A stretch of 63,927 nucleotides of DNA, the filler included, from Saprolegnia diclina VS20 (lineage: Eukaryota), in NCBI RefSeq assembly GCF_000281045.1. It is 5 parts of 3 records of this genome, joined end to end, with 100 filler letters (N's around TTAATTAATTAA, not from the genome) between each part and the next. Parts side by side here need not be neighbours in the genome. Positions count along the whole stretch, not along the records: positions 1 to 31,056 come from NW_008246133.1; positions 31,157 to 38,960 come from NW_008246134.1; 3 more parts are not named here. One strand, 5' to 3'. Below are positions 22,039-34,128 of the stretch, in pieces (the first letter of the stretch is position 1; every line of letters begins with the position of its first letter). The notes under the pieces are model-generated. The model saw nothing but the letters and a program-made list of their open reading frames with translations, did no database searches and had not been told where the DNA came from. A program made the translations under genes and the position numbers.

Positions 22039-23263
22039 ATGAAGCGGGCGGGCGAGGTAGCGAGGCGTCGCGACGGCTTGTCCTGACGCTGCGACCGACG
22101 TAGGCCGCGCCGGCGACTGACGCCAAGCGCGTCAAGGTCGATGCGCCGGCTATCGACGCCAAGCCATCCGTGGCCGGGACGCCGTACGCCGAGTATGCGC
22201 TCAGCGAGCACGCGCCGCCGCAGCTCGTGACGCTCGTGCAGCTCTTTGCGTCGCTCGAGTTTAGCATCACGACGCTCAATTTGTACAAGCGCACGCCGAG
22301 CTTCTCGGCGCTGCGCCGCGCGATCGAGTCGTCGGCCAAATGGTACGACGCGCATCGATATCCCGTCCGCCCGACGCTCAGATCTTATAGCACCTTTTCG
22401 GAGCACGAGCTCGCGCAGCTCTTGACGCTGCTTCCAAACGCGTACGAACTGAGTTTTTCCAAGGCGCCCGACAACCACAAGGTGCCGCTAGAGCTCTGCG
22501 TGAGCGTGCCCGAGGCATTGGCCAGCCTCTCGTTCCGCGAGCGCATGGAGGCGTTCTGCAGCGCGGTCAATGACCGCATTGCGCTCGCGCTCACAACTGG
22601 CACGGCCGACTTGACGACGATCGAGATCCCGCCCGTAAAATGCTCTCTGCACTGTCGCTGGCGACCATTGCTTCCTGAGTAGGCCGCTTTGCCTCGACTC
22701 GAAGACGCGCTGGGCCCGACGCCGCTAGACCAGCTGCGCGCGCAGGAAGAGCGCCACGCGAGCGAGCTCACGCCGCTGCAGCAAGCCGCCGTGCTGGCCA
22801 AGCCGATCCCAAAGGAGCTCCAAGGCCTCCCACTTTGGCTTGTCAACAAGGTGAATCTAGTGATGCGAAAAAGATCTGATTTGTCAACTAGGTGCGCCTG
22901 GCCGAACACCGCAAGGCGCATCTGGTCGAGAAGGCGGATGTGGCGAGCTCCGAGCGGCTACTGCAGACGCTGCCGCAGCTCGCGGACCAGCTCCAGTCGT
23001 ACTCCAAGTGCGTCAACAAGAGCGCGATCCTGTTGCCGACGCTGCTCGCAGAGCTTACGCGGGCGCCGATTCCTGGTACTTTCAACTACGTTCTGAGCGC
23101 GGATCATAAGTTCTGCGTCTTAGAGCGACTCCAGGAGCATGTCGAGCTACTGGCCAAGAAGGCGCCGTTCTGGGTCACGCTCGTGCCGCTCGAAAAGACG
23201 TTTGTGGTCCGGCTCAACTGGAAGCAGGACTTTCGCGCCGTTAAAAAGATTCTGTCGAGCTAA
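22039..23263 (+). CDS. CDT1: DNA replication licensing factor CDT1-like (multi-exon)
   Basis: Spliced LVQLFASLEFSITTLNLYKRTPSFSALRRAIESSAKCTFSEHELAQLLTLLPNAY fits the CDT1 geminin-binding domain. LPQLADQL...EHVELLAKKAPFWVTL fits CDT1_C. Confidence 0.8.
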
Positions 23264-23519
23264 GTGAAAGAACCGAGCTCCACTCGATACATTGATATTC
23301 ATCGTACATGCCTCACGCGTACCGCCGTTGCTGGTTTGGTTAGCGCAACGTTAGGGAATCTCTGGCCATCGCTACTGCACCCAGCATGACGCGCTGCACC
23401 AAAGTCTACAACCCTAGTCCTCGTCAAATGCTAGCAAAATACGTCGTATAACAGGACACAGCGACAATAATGTTTGGGTCGTCTAGTACAGTTTGTATTC
23501 GATTCACATGGTATTTATC

Positions 23520-24143
23520 TTAGGCTTGGAGGTCGGTCGAGAGGTCGTTCTCGAGCAGCTCAATCTGTCCGTGCTGGACGCGGCGGCTGAGCTTGAACTG
23601 CCACACGCCAGCGACGATGGCGCAGGCGAACGAGAGCGGGAGGCAGGTCGCGATCACCCACACCGGGCGGACGTGGTAGTTGTACGCCCACATGACGGCC
23701 GTGAGCGGGTACTGGAAGAAGCAGTTGAGGTTGAGCACAATGAGGACGCCTTGGATCGACGAGATGGGCACGACAGCGTGGCTGTGTGTCTTGCTGCTGA
23801 ATGCGATCGGCAGCGACGGGAACCACGACTGGATCGTCGCGTGGCTGGCGTCGCGCCGGGAGAGCACGAGCACGAGCATGTAGAAGCGCATCGGGTGCGT
23901 CGCGACGGCCGAGAGCGTGAAGCAGCCGTTGAGGATCTGCGAACACACCTCGATGATCACGTCCTTGGTGTGCGCCGAGACGCCGAGGCCGATGAAGGCG
24001 AGGACGAGGACCGCGCCCGAGACGACGACAACGAGCAGCAAGAGCCCAATGACAACGTACTGCGCCTTCTCGCAGGCCGAGGCTTGGTGCCAGGTCTCGG
24101 CGATCGTCGTCCGCGCCTGCTGGAGGAGCTCCTTGAGGTCCAT
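23520..24143 (-). CDS. Four-TM membrane protein, DUF2985-like
   Basis: IEVCSQILNGCFTLSAVATHPMRF and LNLNCFFQYPLTAVMWAYNYHVRP resemble DUF2985 motifs. Confidence 0.65.
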   Translation of the reverse strand: MDLKELLQQARTTIAETWHQASACEKAQYVVIGLLLLVVVVSGAVLVLAFIGLGVSAHTKDVIIEVCSQILNGCFTLSAVATHPMRFYMLVLVLSRRDASHATIQSWFPSLPIAFSSKTHSHAVVPISSIQGVLIVLNLNCFFQYPLTAVMWAYNYHVRPVWVIATCLPLSFACAIVAGVWQFKLSRRVQHGQIELLENDLSTDLQA

Positions 24144-24237
24144 GCTTGTTCTGACAACTGGCAGGTTGCTTGGTGCTGAAACACCCGCGTGAGAATGTAG
24201 GTATTCCGCCTGTCCACGATGATCCAAACGTGAAATT

Positions 24238-24330
24238 CCGCAAATTTCGCGTTGGACTCTGCGCGGTACCGCAAATTTCGCGTTGGACTCTGCGCGGTAC
24301 CGCAAATTTTGCGTTGGACTCTGCGCGGTA
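24238..24330 (+). repeat. 31-bp tandem repeat, 3 copies
   Basis: Unit CCGCAAATTT(C/T)GCGTTGGACTCTGCGCGGTA at 24238, 24269 and 24300. Confidence 0.95.
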
Positions 24331-25042
24331 CGGTGCAAACGACGGTGATTTCCGAGACAATTCACCGTAGAAAGAGGACATTCACGCAAAGACGAAGCAT
24401 CGACAACGAGGCACGCGCGACAACGCCTGTGGCGTACAGCGGCGTTGGCCGTTACGACGCCTTTGAGAGCTCTGTCGCTGAAGCACGGTGGTCATCAACG
24501 CTACGAGATTTTATACGTGGCATCGCCGCCAGGCTCGCTGGTTTATACGAGAGAACACCGAACGTCGAAAGCTCAGCCCAAGTCGTCCTCCGTCCCTTCT
24601 TCTCTAACGCTCTTCGTGTTCTTATGTTGGTTAGATCACGAGGAACCACAAGACAGTCTCTCGATCCCCGCCAAACCTAATCAACCACTCAGAACGTAGT
24701 GTCTACTCTCGCGTTGCTTTTGTAGCAAATGACCCAAGTACGCCGTCAAAATGAGTTGCAAGATCGTGTTTAGTTGCGCTGCGTTATCACGTTCATCAAG
24801 CGTAGCATGGACTACACCACATCGCGTCCAAGTGGATGATGTCTCATGCTTCGTCGATGCTCCAACGCCGCCACCACAGCCATCACGATGGCGACCAGCT
24901 TCGCCAAGTCACCATCTCCAACCGACCTCTCACCCCACGAGTATAATGGCGCCTACCAGTATCTACATGTACTCGGCGTTGACATTTGGCAGCGCTGCCT
25001 TGCATCCGCGGCCTCCCGTCCACGAGCAACGTGATCCGAACA

Positions 25043-25123
25043 CGCTGGCCTGTCTACAACCATCATTCTTACATGTCGACCAGCATTCGACATGTAAGAA
25101 TGATGGTTGTAGACAGGCCAGCG
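25043..25123. repeat. Perfect inverted repeat (37-bp arms, 7-nt loop)
   Basis: CGCTGGCCTGTCTACAACCATCATTCTTACATGTCGA (25043-25079), loop CCAGCAT, then the exact reverse complement (25087-25123). Confidence 0.97.
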
Positions 25124-25186
25124 GCTTTTTCACCGAACGTGCGCTGGCCTTATCTGGCCTTTCTGGCGACGTTGGCAAAGTGCAAA

Positions 25187-27308
25187 ATGGCCCCGAAGAG
25201 CAAGACGAGCCGCAAGAAGAACGTGACGTCGGAGCTCCTCGACGGCTCGGCGGCCGCGACGCTCATCACGGCCACGTCGCAGACCGACCGCTTCTTCCTC
25301 CAGACGGTCGACGACCAGAACCTCAACATCCACCTCGTCCAAGTCAACCTCGGCATTGGCAAGCGCGAGCTCCTCGTCGACGCGAATCTCAAGCTCGAGA
25401 CGGGCGTGCACTACGGCCTCGTCGGCCGCAACGGCACGGGCAAGTCGACCTTGCTGCAGGCGCTCGGCGATGGGCTCTTTGAAGGCATCTCGTCCAGCCT
25501 CCAGGTCATGTACGTGAACCAGCTCTTCCACCTCGACCTCGCCGACGGCGACACTATCGTCTCGGTCCTCGACGTGCTCATGGCTGCAGACAAGGAGCGG
25601 CTCCACCGCCAGCGCCGCATCGATACGCTCGAGGCCGCGCTCGACGCACAGACTGTCCACCGCACACTGGTCGAGCTCCGCTGCCTCGACACGGAGTTTG
25701 CGCTCGCCAAGATGCTTCGCGTCGCGACCAAGCGCAGCGGTCTCCGCGGCTTGACAGCGCGCAACAAGGCGCTCGCCCTCGAAGGCGACCTCGCCCGCGT
25801 GCGCGCCGAGCTCACCGACATGGCCGAGGTCGAAGACACGGAAGACGACGTTCTCCGCGCGCAGGAGCTCCTCGACGAGCTCTACAGCAACCTCGATCGG
25901 TCGTCGGAGGCCAAGGCCCGGGAAATCCTGTCGAGCATCGGTACGCTCAAGCCGTCTTTGTCCGTGGATGCGATAGAAATGACTAGGCTTGACAACGGTC
26001 ACGGAGCAGGACCAGCCGTTCGCACAGCTGTCGGGTGGCTGGAAGATGCGCGTTTTCCTTGCGCAGATTGAGTTTTTGCGGCCGCATCTGCTCTTGCTCG
26101 ACGAGCCGACAAACCACTTGGACTTGCCCCGCATCCAGTGGCTCGGCCGCTTCATCAACGACCACCTTGGCGACATGACGATCGTGACGGTCTCGCACGA
26201 CCGCGCGTTTCTAAATGCCGTCACGGACGCCATTGTAGTCATCAAGACCAACAAGACACTCGGGTAACGACCGAATGTGGCGACAAGAATGTCATGTGAC
26301 GCGACTAGGTACTTCCAGGGCGACTATGACACGTTCATGACGACGGTCCAAGACAAGGACGCGTTCAACGCCAAGTTGAACGAGAAAATGCAGGCCAAGA
26401 CCGAGAAGCTCCAGAACCAAGTCGCGCAAATGACGCTCGCGGGCAAAAAGGCGGGGGACGACAAGCGGCTCGCGGCCGCCGCCTCGCGCAAGAAGAAGAT
26501 CGAGCGCGTTGGCAACGAAAAGAACGCCAAAGGCCACCGCTTCCGCATCAACAAGGACCGCATCGGGTACTTTGAGGACCGCCGCGCCGGCGCCGAGGAC
26601 CAGCTCATTGATTTGCATGAGCCGGAGCACTGGGTCATCTCGCAGCCGCTCGACGTGCCGTCGACGACGTCGCTCTTGTCGGTCGAGAAGCTGTGCTTTG
26701 GGTACACGCCGTCGACGCCGATGCTTAAGAACATCTCGTTCAACGTCCACCACGGCGAGCGCATCGTCTTGCTCGGCTGCAACGGCACGGGCAAGAGTAC
26801 GCTCATTCAGCTATTGCAAGGCCGGCTACAGCCCACGGCCGGTACCATCACGCTCGCGCCCCTTGTCCGGCTGGGAGCGCTCACCCAAGATGTCGTCGAG
26901 ACGCTCAAAGACGAGGCCAAGACGCCGCTCCAGCTGCTCTCGCCCGAGACGGAGGACCTGGGCCGGCGGCACTTGGCCAAATTCGGTCTACGCGGTGCCT
27001 TTGTGAGCGATGCGCCGTGCGAGACGCTCTCGGGCGGCCAAGCCATTCGCCTTGCGATGGGTTTGATCACATATCCGACGAGTCCGCAGCTGCTCATCCT
27101 CGATGAACCGACCAACCATTTGGACATGAGCAGCATTGCGGCGCTCACGGACGCCATCAAGAGCTTTAGCGGCGCGATCGTCGTCATCTCGCACGACGAA
27201 GCGTTCCTTCGCGCGGTCGCACCCGACACGGTGCTCTGGCTCACCAAGCGCGGCGAGGTCAAGCCGCTCAACGACGTGGAAGACTTTGTGAAAAAGTACC
27301 GCGAGTAG
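25187..27308 (+). CDS. ABC-F family soluble ATPase (two NBDs, two introns)
   Basis: NBD1: [39 protein letters not shown]2: [35 protein letters not shown]. No TM domains. Confidence 0.93.
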
Positions 27309-27725
27309 TTAGTCGCTCTAGTGGAATACTAGTACAGAACGAGCATTTAGTCATTTTGTTATCTTTTGCCGTACGGTACTCGTAGCAACAAGAAGGCCTT
27401 GATGATAGAAGCATGCAAGTGTCGGGACGCGCCGATTGTCATTCGGTAGTCAACTGCCAAACGTGGGTTTAGGAATATTTGTCATCTCACGTTGCTTGCT
27501 CTAGCATCAGTGTTGCGTGCTGGACACGCGGGGAGTGACTTGAATGAAGCAATAAATAACGATTCACGCAGACTCTTAACGAAGCGTTGTGCTCTCTACG
27601 CGTGCTCGCATGTTCTCGTCGATGGCATCAGCCACCGGCGCCGATTTCGCGAACATTTTTTAAAATGATATAAATATAAAAATAAAAAGACGCCAAGAAA
27701 GGCCAATTTGAAATTGCCCTTGGCC

Positions 27726-29461
27726 ATGAAGGTCCTCCGCGTCAAGCACGCTGAGCGCGTTCTGTCGCTGCCGCTCGGTGCGGACGGGTCGTCCGTCGCT
27801 GAGCTCAAGAAGCAGATCGAGGCGCTGACGCATGCACCCGTCGACCAGCAGCGGCTCATTGTCAAGGGCAAGGTACTGGCCGACGACGACGTTGTGGTCG
27901 ACGACGGACGCACCGCCGTGCTGCTTGTGCGGCCGTCCGCCGAGGCGATCGCGGCCATGAACGAGCAAGAGGCTGCGCTCAAGAAGATTGAGGAGACGCG
28001 GTACGCTCGCCATCGACACTGCATAGGAGCTCACGCTTGCGTAGCGCCTCGCGGTCGCTGGTGAGCATCCAAGCCAAGAACGAAGTTCTGAGTGCACGTG
28101 CCCACGCCGCACTCGCGTACCGCTTCCACGAGATCCAAGTACGATACCTCTAGGCACAATTCTCGGTATCCACAAGCTCGTAGACGCTGCCGGGATTGCC
28201 GGACGAAGCCAAGGCGCGTGCGATCCTCACGTCGCTGGCGCAGGACAAGGGCATTCTCCACGTCATGGCCAAGCACAAGTAGACAATCAAAGTATCGTTG
28301 GCAGGCGTACTGATGGGACGAGGTAGGTGGACCGTCGGGGCGCTGGCCGAGATGTTTCCCGACGGCAAGGTCGGCGTCGACCCGGTCTGCGTCTTGGGCC
28401 TCAACGAGAACAAGGGCCAGCGCATTCTCTTGCGGCTGCGCACCGACGACCTCCAAGGCTTTCGCAAATACCTCACGTACGACAACCTTGGAGCCCATTG
28501 TCTCTCATCAACACTGCAGCATCAAGAAGGTGCTGTACCATGAGCTCACGCACAACGTACGCAGTCTTCTTTGGAGAACAATCAGATCTTAGCAAGACGA
28601 CTAGGATGTGAGCGACCACAACAACGAGTTCTACCAACTCATGCGCCAAGTCGAAGCCGAGTGCAACACCGTCCCAGGCACCACAACGTCGATTCAAGTG
28701 CCAACCACGTCGCCGACGCACGCTGCACGAGGCCACGTTCTGGGCGGCTCAACACCTGCCGCCATCGATTCACGGTAGCCCTCTTGCTGTGATAGCAGCT
28801 CATCGAGGACGTTGCTTTCTAGGCAGCTGCGAGCGGAGCGCGCGCTCGAACGATTCACTGCGCCGCAGTCGGCGCCCGCCGAAGCAGTAGACATCGTGAT
28901 CTCCCTTCCGTCAATACTTGAAAACGTCCCACTGCCACGACCAACGCCTGCCTCGGCACCACCAACGCCTGCCTCAGCACCAGTCTCGCCAGTCTCGGTA
29001 CCGGCACCAGTCTCGGCGACTCGTCCATGGAATCTGCCGACCATTGAGCTCGACACTGCGCTGCTGGAAAGCTTGGGCGAGCGCGAGCAGCGTGTTGTGG
29101 CGGCGGCCGTTGCTCTCCGCGCGCGCCTCCTCCACGAGCCACGTTCGCAGCAGACGAACGTTCTCCGGTCGCTCCACGCCGTGCTCTCCAACATTCTGCA
29201 AGCACCGGCAAACCCGCTGTACCGGCGACTACGCAAGACGAATGCGCGGATTGCCATGTACATCATGGGCGTTCCGCCGGCGCTGGAGCTGCTCACGCAC
29301 ATTGGGTTTATCGACGAGCTACCAGGTACGAATCTCAACATGAGGCGACAGTCGCTGACGCATTTGTAGACCAAACGCACTTGGTCTTACAGCGCGACGA
29401 CCCAGGTCTTATTTGGCTCGGCAAATCGCTCTTGGACCCGCTCGTCGAGGCGATTCATTAA
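27726..29461 (+). CDS. UBL-WLM-PUB metalloprotease (Wss1-related, multi-exon)
   Basis: UBL: VAELKKQIEALTHAPVDQQRLIVKGK. WLM: VLGLNENKGQRILLRLRTDDLQGFRKY...VLYHELTHN..DHNNEFY. PUB: LSNILQAPANPLYRRLRKTN...LELLTHIGF...LVLQRDDPGLIWLGKSLL. Confidence 0.9.
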
Positions 29462-29593
29462 GTCATGAAAGGTCTTATTTGCAAACCCATAACCAACAGA
29501 ATAAAACAGCCTTGGCTATAACCAAGACCTTGCTATAACTTTTTGTCGCGCCACTCGTCCTGCGTGGGCTCCTAGTCTGTCGCAAAGCCACGC

Positions 29594-29687
<94 letters not shown>
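29594..29687 (+). repeat. (TATC)n microsatellite, about 23 units
   Basis: Uninterrupted ctatctatctat... run. Confidence 0.98.
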
Positions 29688-29717
29688 GAAACGGTCTTGA
29701 CAACGTTATCTAATTGC

Positions 29718-30295
29718 ATGGACGACACGCAGCGCGTGGCGGTCGTCGAGCGTCTTTGCGCCTTTGCTGCGACGTGTACACTCTGTCGAGAGGCAGCGAT
29801 GTACAATCTGTCTGTTGTAGACAACTTGGAGACGTCGTTCCAAGCCTTTGCTGCGCAGTACGACTGGACCTGAAGCCTGCGCTCATCGGGCGTAGGCATG
29901 CGATGACCTTTTCCACGTTTGACGAGGACGACGAGCAGCCGCTTGAGTGCTTTGAGCTCTTTCAGGTAGCACGAGCGCTCACGATACATTCCTTATGGAG
30001 CTTGCACAGACGTACGAGTGCATGCACGAAGCCATGATAGCTGCGTTTCTCAACGACGAGCAGGTAGACGGCTGAAGTTGAAGTTGTCGATCACCGCGAC
30101 GCTCTGCAGATGGACGCACGAGAGCTCTACGACGTCCTGTCGAGCGTCCAAGCGACGATGCGCGACTCGGACGTCTTCGAGAGCCTCTCGATGCTGCTGT
30201 CGGCGCTGGATTTCCCCTACTTTGGCCGGCGCATGCGCGACGAAGCCATCGATCAGCAGCGCGCGGCCAAAGACGCCGACGACATGGGATTCTGA
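29718..30295 (+). CDS. BART (ARL2-binding-like) domain protein, five short exons
   Basis: Spliced: FQAFAAQHAMTFSTFDEDDEQPLECFELFQTYECMHEAMIAAFLNDEQMDARELY...LSMLLSALDFPYFGRRMRDEA, which matches the BART pattern. Confidence 0.7.
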
Positions 30296-30405
30296 CACAA
30301 GCTTGTTCCAATGTGAAACACCCAACCGTCGCAACCAGAGCAATACTCTCAATACGACAAAGGAGAACACCACTGTGAGCTTGAAAACCTCTCTGTGTAC
30401 ATCAT

Positions 30406-30789
30406 CTAGATCATCTCGGCGATGCTGAGAATCTTGCGACCAGTTGTCTTCTGGTGCCGACCAGACCGTTTGCGCTGGAGCGCCACGTGAAAGTGGTTGC
30501 GGGCGAGTTTGACCTGGTTGAGCGACTCGACGTCGGCCTGCGTGAATGTCGCCGCGGGCTCGTAGCAGACGCGGCCAAAGGTGTGCGCGAGGTAGTGGCC
30601 GAGGAGCCACTGGCCCTTGGCGAGCCGCTTGGAAATACGCAGTGGCTTGCACTGGAGCTCTCGGGCAAGGTACTGCCGCAGCAGCGGAGGGCTCTCGTCG
30701 TCGAGAATACCCTTGAGGTAGCAGTGCAGGAGGTGGTAGAGGAAGACGTCTTCTTCGGTCGTCCAGCCGTGGTGGTTGGGAGAAGCCAT
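30406..30789 (-). CDS. Small Myb/SANT-like putative transcription factor (stramenopile family)
   Basis: GWTTEEDVFLYHLLHCYLKGIL...LRQYLARELQCKPLRISKRL. Confidence 0.7.
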   Translation of the reverse strand: MASPNHHGWTTEEDVFLYHLLHCYLKGILDDESPPLLRQYLARELQCKPLRISKRLAKGQWLLGHYLAHTFGRVCYEPAATFTQADVESLNQVKLARNHFHVALQRKRSGRHQKTTGRKILSIAEMI

Positions 30790-31056
30790 GGGTCTCGGAC
30801 GATGCTAATAGAATTGTGAGCTTTCACAGCCGAGGTCCACGAACAGCAACCTGTGGATACCAACGTCCTTTCGATGGGGACCAATTTTGGCCATCATTGA
30901 ACCTTCGCCACCCTCTTGTCCTACTCTTTCGAGTGCAACATTGCCGCCAAGGGTAGCTTTGCACAGCTCATAGCAGATCAACCTCACCAACGATACCATG
31001 CACCCAGACGAATCTAACGACAGGCGGCGATCATCGTCGCCAGCACTTGTCTAGTG

Positions 31057-31156
31057 NNNNNNNNNNNNNNNNNNNNNNNNNNNNNNNNNNNNNNNNNNNN
31101 TTAATTAATTAANNNNNNNNNNNNNNNNNNNNNNNNNNNNNNNNNNNNNNNNNNNN
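31057..31156. other. Artificial contig linker
   Basis: 44 N + TTAATTAATTAA (stops in all six frames) + 44 N. Confidence 0.97.
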
Positions 31157-31532
31157 GGACCGAATGTATTATAGCCAGGATGCTAGCTACCTGGTATGCT
31201 ACGTTCTATTCTAGACGAGTACCGCATAAACTGTGGGGAACTAACAAACGTGCCTAATAAAAGCGAAGAAGCGAAGAAGAGAAGAAGAGAAGATCGACTT
31301 TCGAATGACGTCCCATCGTCTCATCGTCCCGTCGTCCCAAGGATTCCCTTGCGTCGTCCCATCGCCATGTCCTTCGAAAGCTGACCTTCTATCGTGGTTG
31401 AACGATAAAAATAGATGCCGCATAAAACCATTTGATGTTTGTATAGGCCCCATAAAATAAAGGGGCTTATTTTCGGCCTAATTTCTACCAATAGCTGTGC
31501 GCTAAACCTCCAGATACAATCCGGATACTTGT

Positions 31533-32117
31533 CAGCCAATGCCTATGCTCGATGAGGATCGCCAGCCAATGCCTATGCTCGATTTGTGATACTCGAATAG
31601 GCATTGGCCAGTGATCTCGCTAGACGGTTGCCACAGAGGCAGCAGCGCGCCAGCGTCACTGCAAGCTCTGCTGCAAGCTCATGGCGTCCGCCCGTCGGTC
31701 GTGCACTGTTGTCGGGCTCAACGACCGGCAGCTCGACGACCAGCAGCTCGACGCGACCGACTGAAGCCTCTCTAGGGGCTTGTACGACTTGGATTATGCG
31801 CGGGGCGGCGAGCGAGGTGCCTTCCTATGGTACTCACACCATAGCGTGTGCTTCCTGGGGCGTCAGCACGACGCGCAAACACGGACGCCGTCGATGGCAA
31901 TGCAGCTTTGGGCTCCATGGATCGAACGGGTCGTCAGGGGCTCGATCACAGGGCGCGCGTCCCTTGCTTCAAGCTGTCGAATTTGCTGTCTACGAACTTC
32001 GAGTGTTATAGAATTATTTCATTTTAAGCCAATGCCTGTGCAGCAGCACGTGCCTCATAAGTAAAAATCAGCCAATGCCTGTGCTCCTAGAATGCATTAT
32101 AGCCAATGCCTGTGCTC
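31533..32117. repeat. Dispersed AGCCAATGCCT(A/G)TGCTC motif, five direct copies and one inverted copy
   Basis: Direct copies at about 31534, 31564, 32027, 32070 and 32101; inverted copy at about 31593-31608. Confidence 0.85.
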
Positions 32118-32663
32118 TATTCGACCCACATCCTACGAGGTAGTCCCCCTATTCCTATTCCAGTGTCTTGGTTTGTTTTGTGGACGCCACGTATGCAGAA
32201 TATGATTGGCAGCCGTTTTTTTCTCTTGCACCACAGCTCGCCACGTCATATAGATTTCTTGACATCGAGCCCACGATTTTTGGGAGTTTCCATGCATAGC
32301 GACAAAGGGGAGATGCAGGTATTCGACGGCATATGGACATCGAATGAAAGTCGTGTTGGTAGGCTCAAAGTACGTTCATTTGAGCGTGTGGCTTGTGTCG
32401 TGCTTCTTCGTCGATATACAAGCTACGTCGGTTGGCGTGGGACACGACGACCCGTCATCTCTCAGCCGACTTGCTTCCAAAGGTCCAACAGGGTTTATAG
32501 CACAGCCCAGTGGCAACCGAAACGAGTGGTGTCGGCGAGAGGCCCTAAGCGAGAAAGTGCTCGTGCCATCAACGGGCTGTTCTTCATCGCCCAACTGCAC
32601 GTTGTACAATCGCGATCAGCCCCTCACCTTTGCCGTCATATCTGTTTTGATTCCATCTCGAGC

Positions 32664-33639
32664 ATGCCGAACACTGCCTCCACGCTTTCCCAGCGCTACT
32701 ACGATTTTGCCAACGTCACTTTTCCGTCGATGGTTGACGACGGCGCATACCGCGTCTGCGTCAAGACGAACGAGCCGCCAACCAACGCGGTCATCTGGCT
32801 CGAGTCCAAGAAGACCAAGCTCCAGTGGTAGGATCAACCCTCTCAACATCATGCAATCTATTTCACAGTACATTATATTCGGTATGCTAGGCAATGCGTG
32901 ATCGAAGACTTTACCAAGCACATGAAGTCGGCATTTGCGCTTCCGAACGCCGTCATTCTGGCAGCCATCAAGGTAATATTCTAGCGCGTTGTACAACCAA
33001 ACGCCAACAATTTGATGCTAGAATGGACTTGCCGCCATCGATGAAGCTGCATCCAAGGTGGGCGACGCGGCAACAATGCCATCGGTGGTACCTGCCAGTA
33101 CGATCAACCTGTGTGCCGAAAAGACGAGCTTGGCGCTTCGCCTTGAGATCAAGATGTCGCCCGAGTGGACAACGGGCTATAGCTTTGAGATGACGCCCAT
33201 TGAGGTCAAGGTCGTCGACATCTTGGAGGCTCGCATCCGCGACCTCGAAGCAATCGTCGCTCGACCGCGCTTGGTGTTCTGCACCGTGACGGGGACGGTT
33301 GCGGGTGTGAACCTACCGTGTACGTGGACTACACCGGACGTGAAGAAGGCGTCGGCGCTCATTCGCCTCGACGACAATGCCGAAAGCGTTGTCCTGCTGC
33401 AGCAAGGGGTGTACACCATCCAGTGCGCTTGCCAGTCGGTAGCCACTACGTCTGCGTCCATCTCCCTCTACATCGGCGCGACTTGCGTCAAGACATCGTC
33501 CTACACCACCCAGTACAACTCGAGCCAAATGCTCGACATCGCCCATGTTGCGGATCTTGACGCTGGCACCCACCTCCAGCTCCTCGGCGGTATTGCCTAC
33601 GGTGTAGGCGTGTCGATGACAGTTATTTTGCACGTGTAG
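32664..33639 (+). CDS. Tandem-array protein copy 1: head domain, coiled coil, C1q/TNF-like domain (two introns)
   Basis: IWLESKKTKLQW; FEMTPIEVKVVDILEARIRDLE; VVLLQQGVYTIQC...LDAGTHLQL. Confidence 0.85.
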
Positions 33640-34128
33640 CGTAGCATTATCTACTGTTGGCGTCCTTGCCCAGACACGATTTGTATAATTCATTTTATCA
33701 TGCGAAACGTGTTTGAAATGACAACGTGCTCGACTGCGCATGAGTTTTGACATCGCGAAATCAACGTAGCTATATCGAGCCCATCCCCTAAATCATCGAC
33801 CGAGTCATGGGTGGGTGACAAACTTGGCTGCTGCAAGATTCACTTGTAGAAGATGGTGCCACGTATCTTCAAGGGTCAATGAACAGTTTATACATACCGT
33901 TGGTATCGTGCACCTGATTTGCCAAGGTCCTCAGCAGACGCCACGTCATCAGCCAAAAATCCTGTCAGGATTCATCTATTGAGGTGAAGTGACTTTCTAA
34001 GCGCGCGAAGTTGGAGAGAACCGCTTGCACCGTCCACCAACGGTATTCTATGCCGTCCATCACCATCAATTCGTTTTTCAATCGAGAATTCTCGTGGCAG
34101 TCATAGCTGTTTTAATTCCATCTTGAGC

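Noticed and set aside
19219..24330. 31-bp repeats as a possible CRISPR array
   Set aside because: Units are head-to-tail with no unique spacers, there are no cas genes, and the context is eukaryotic.
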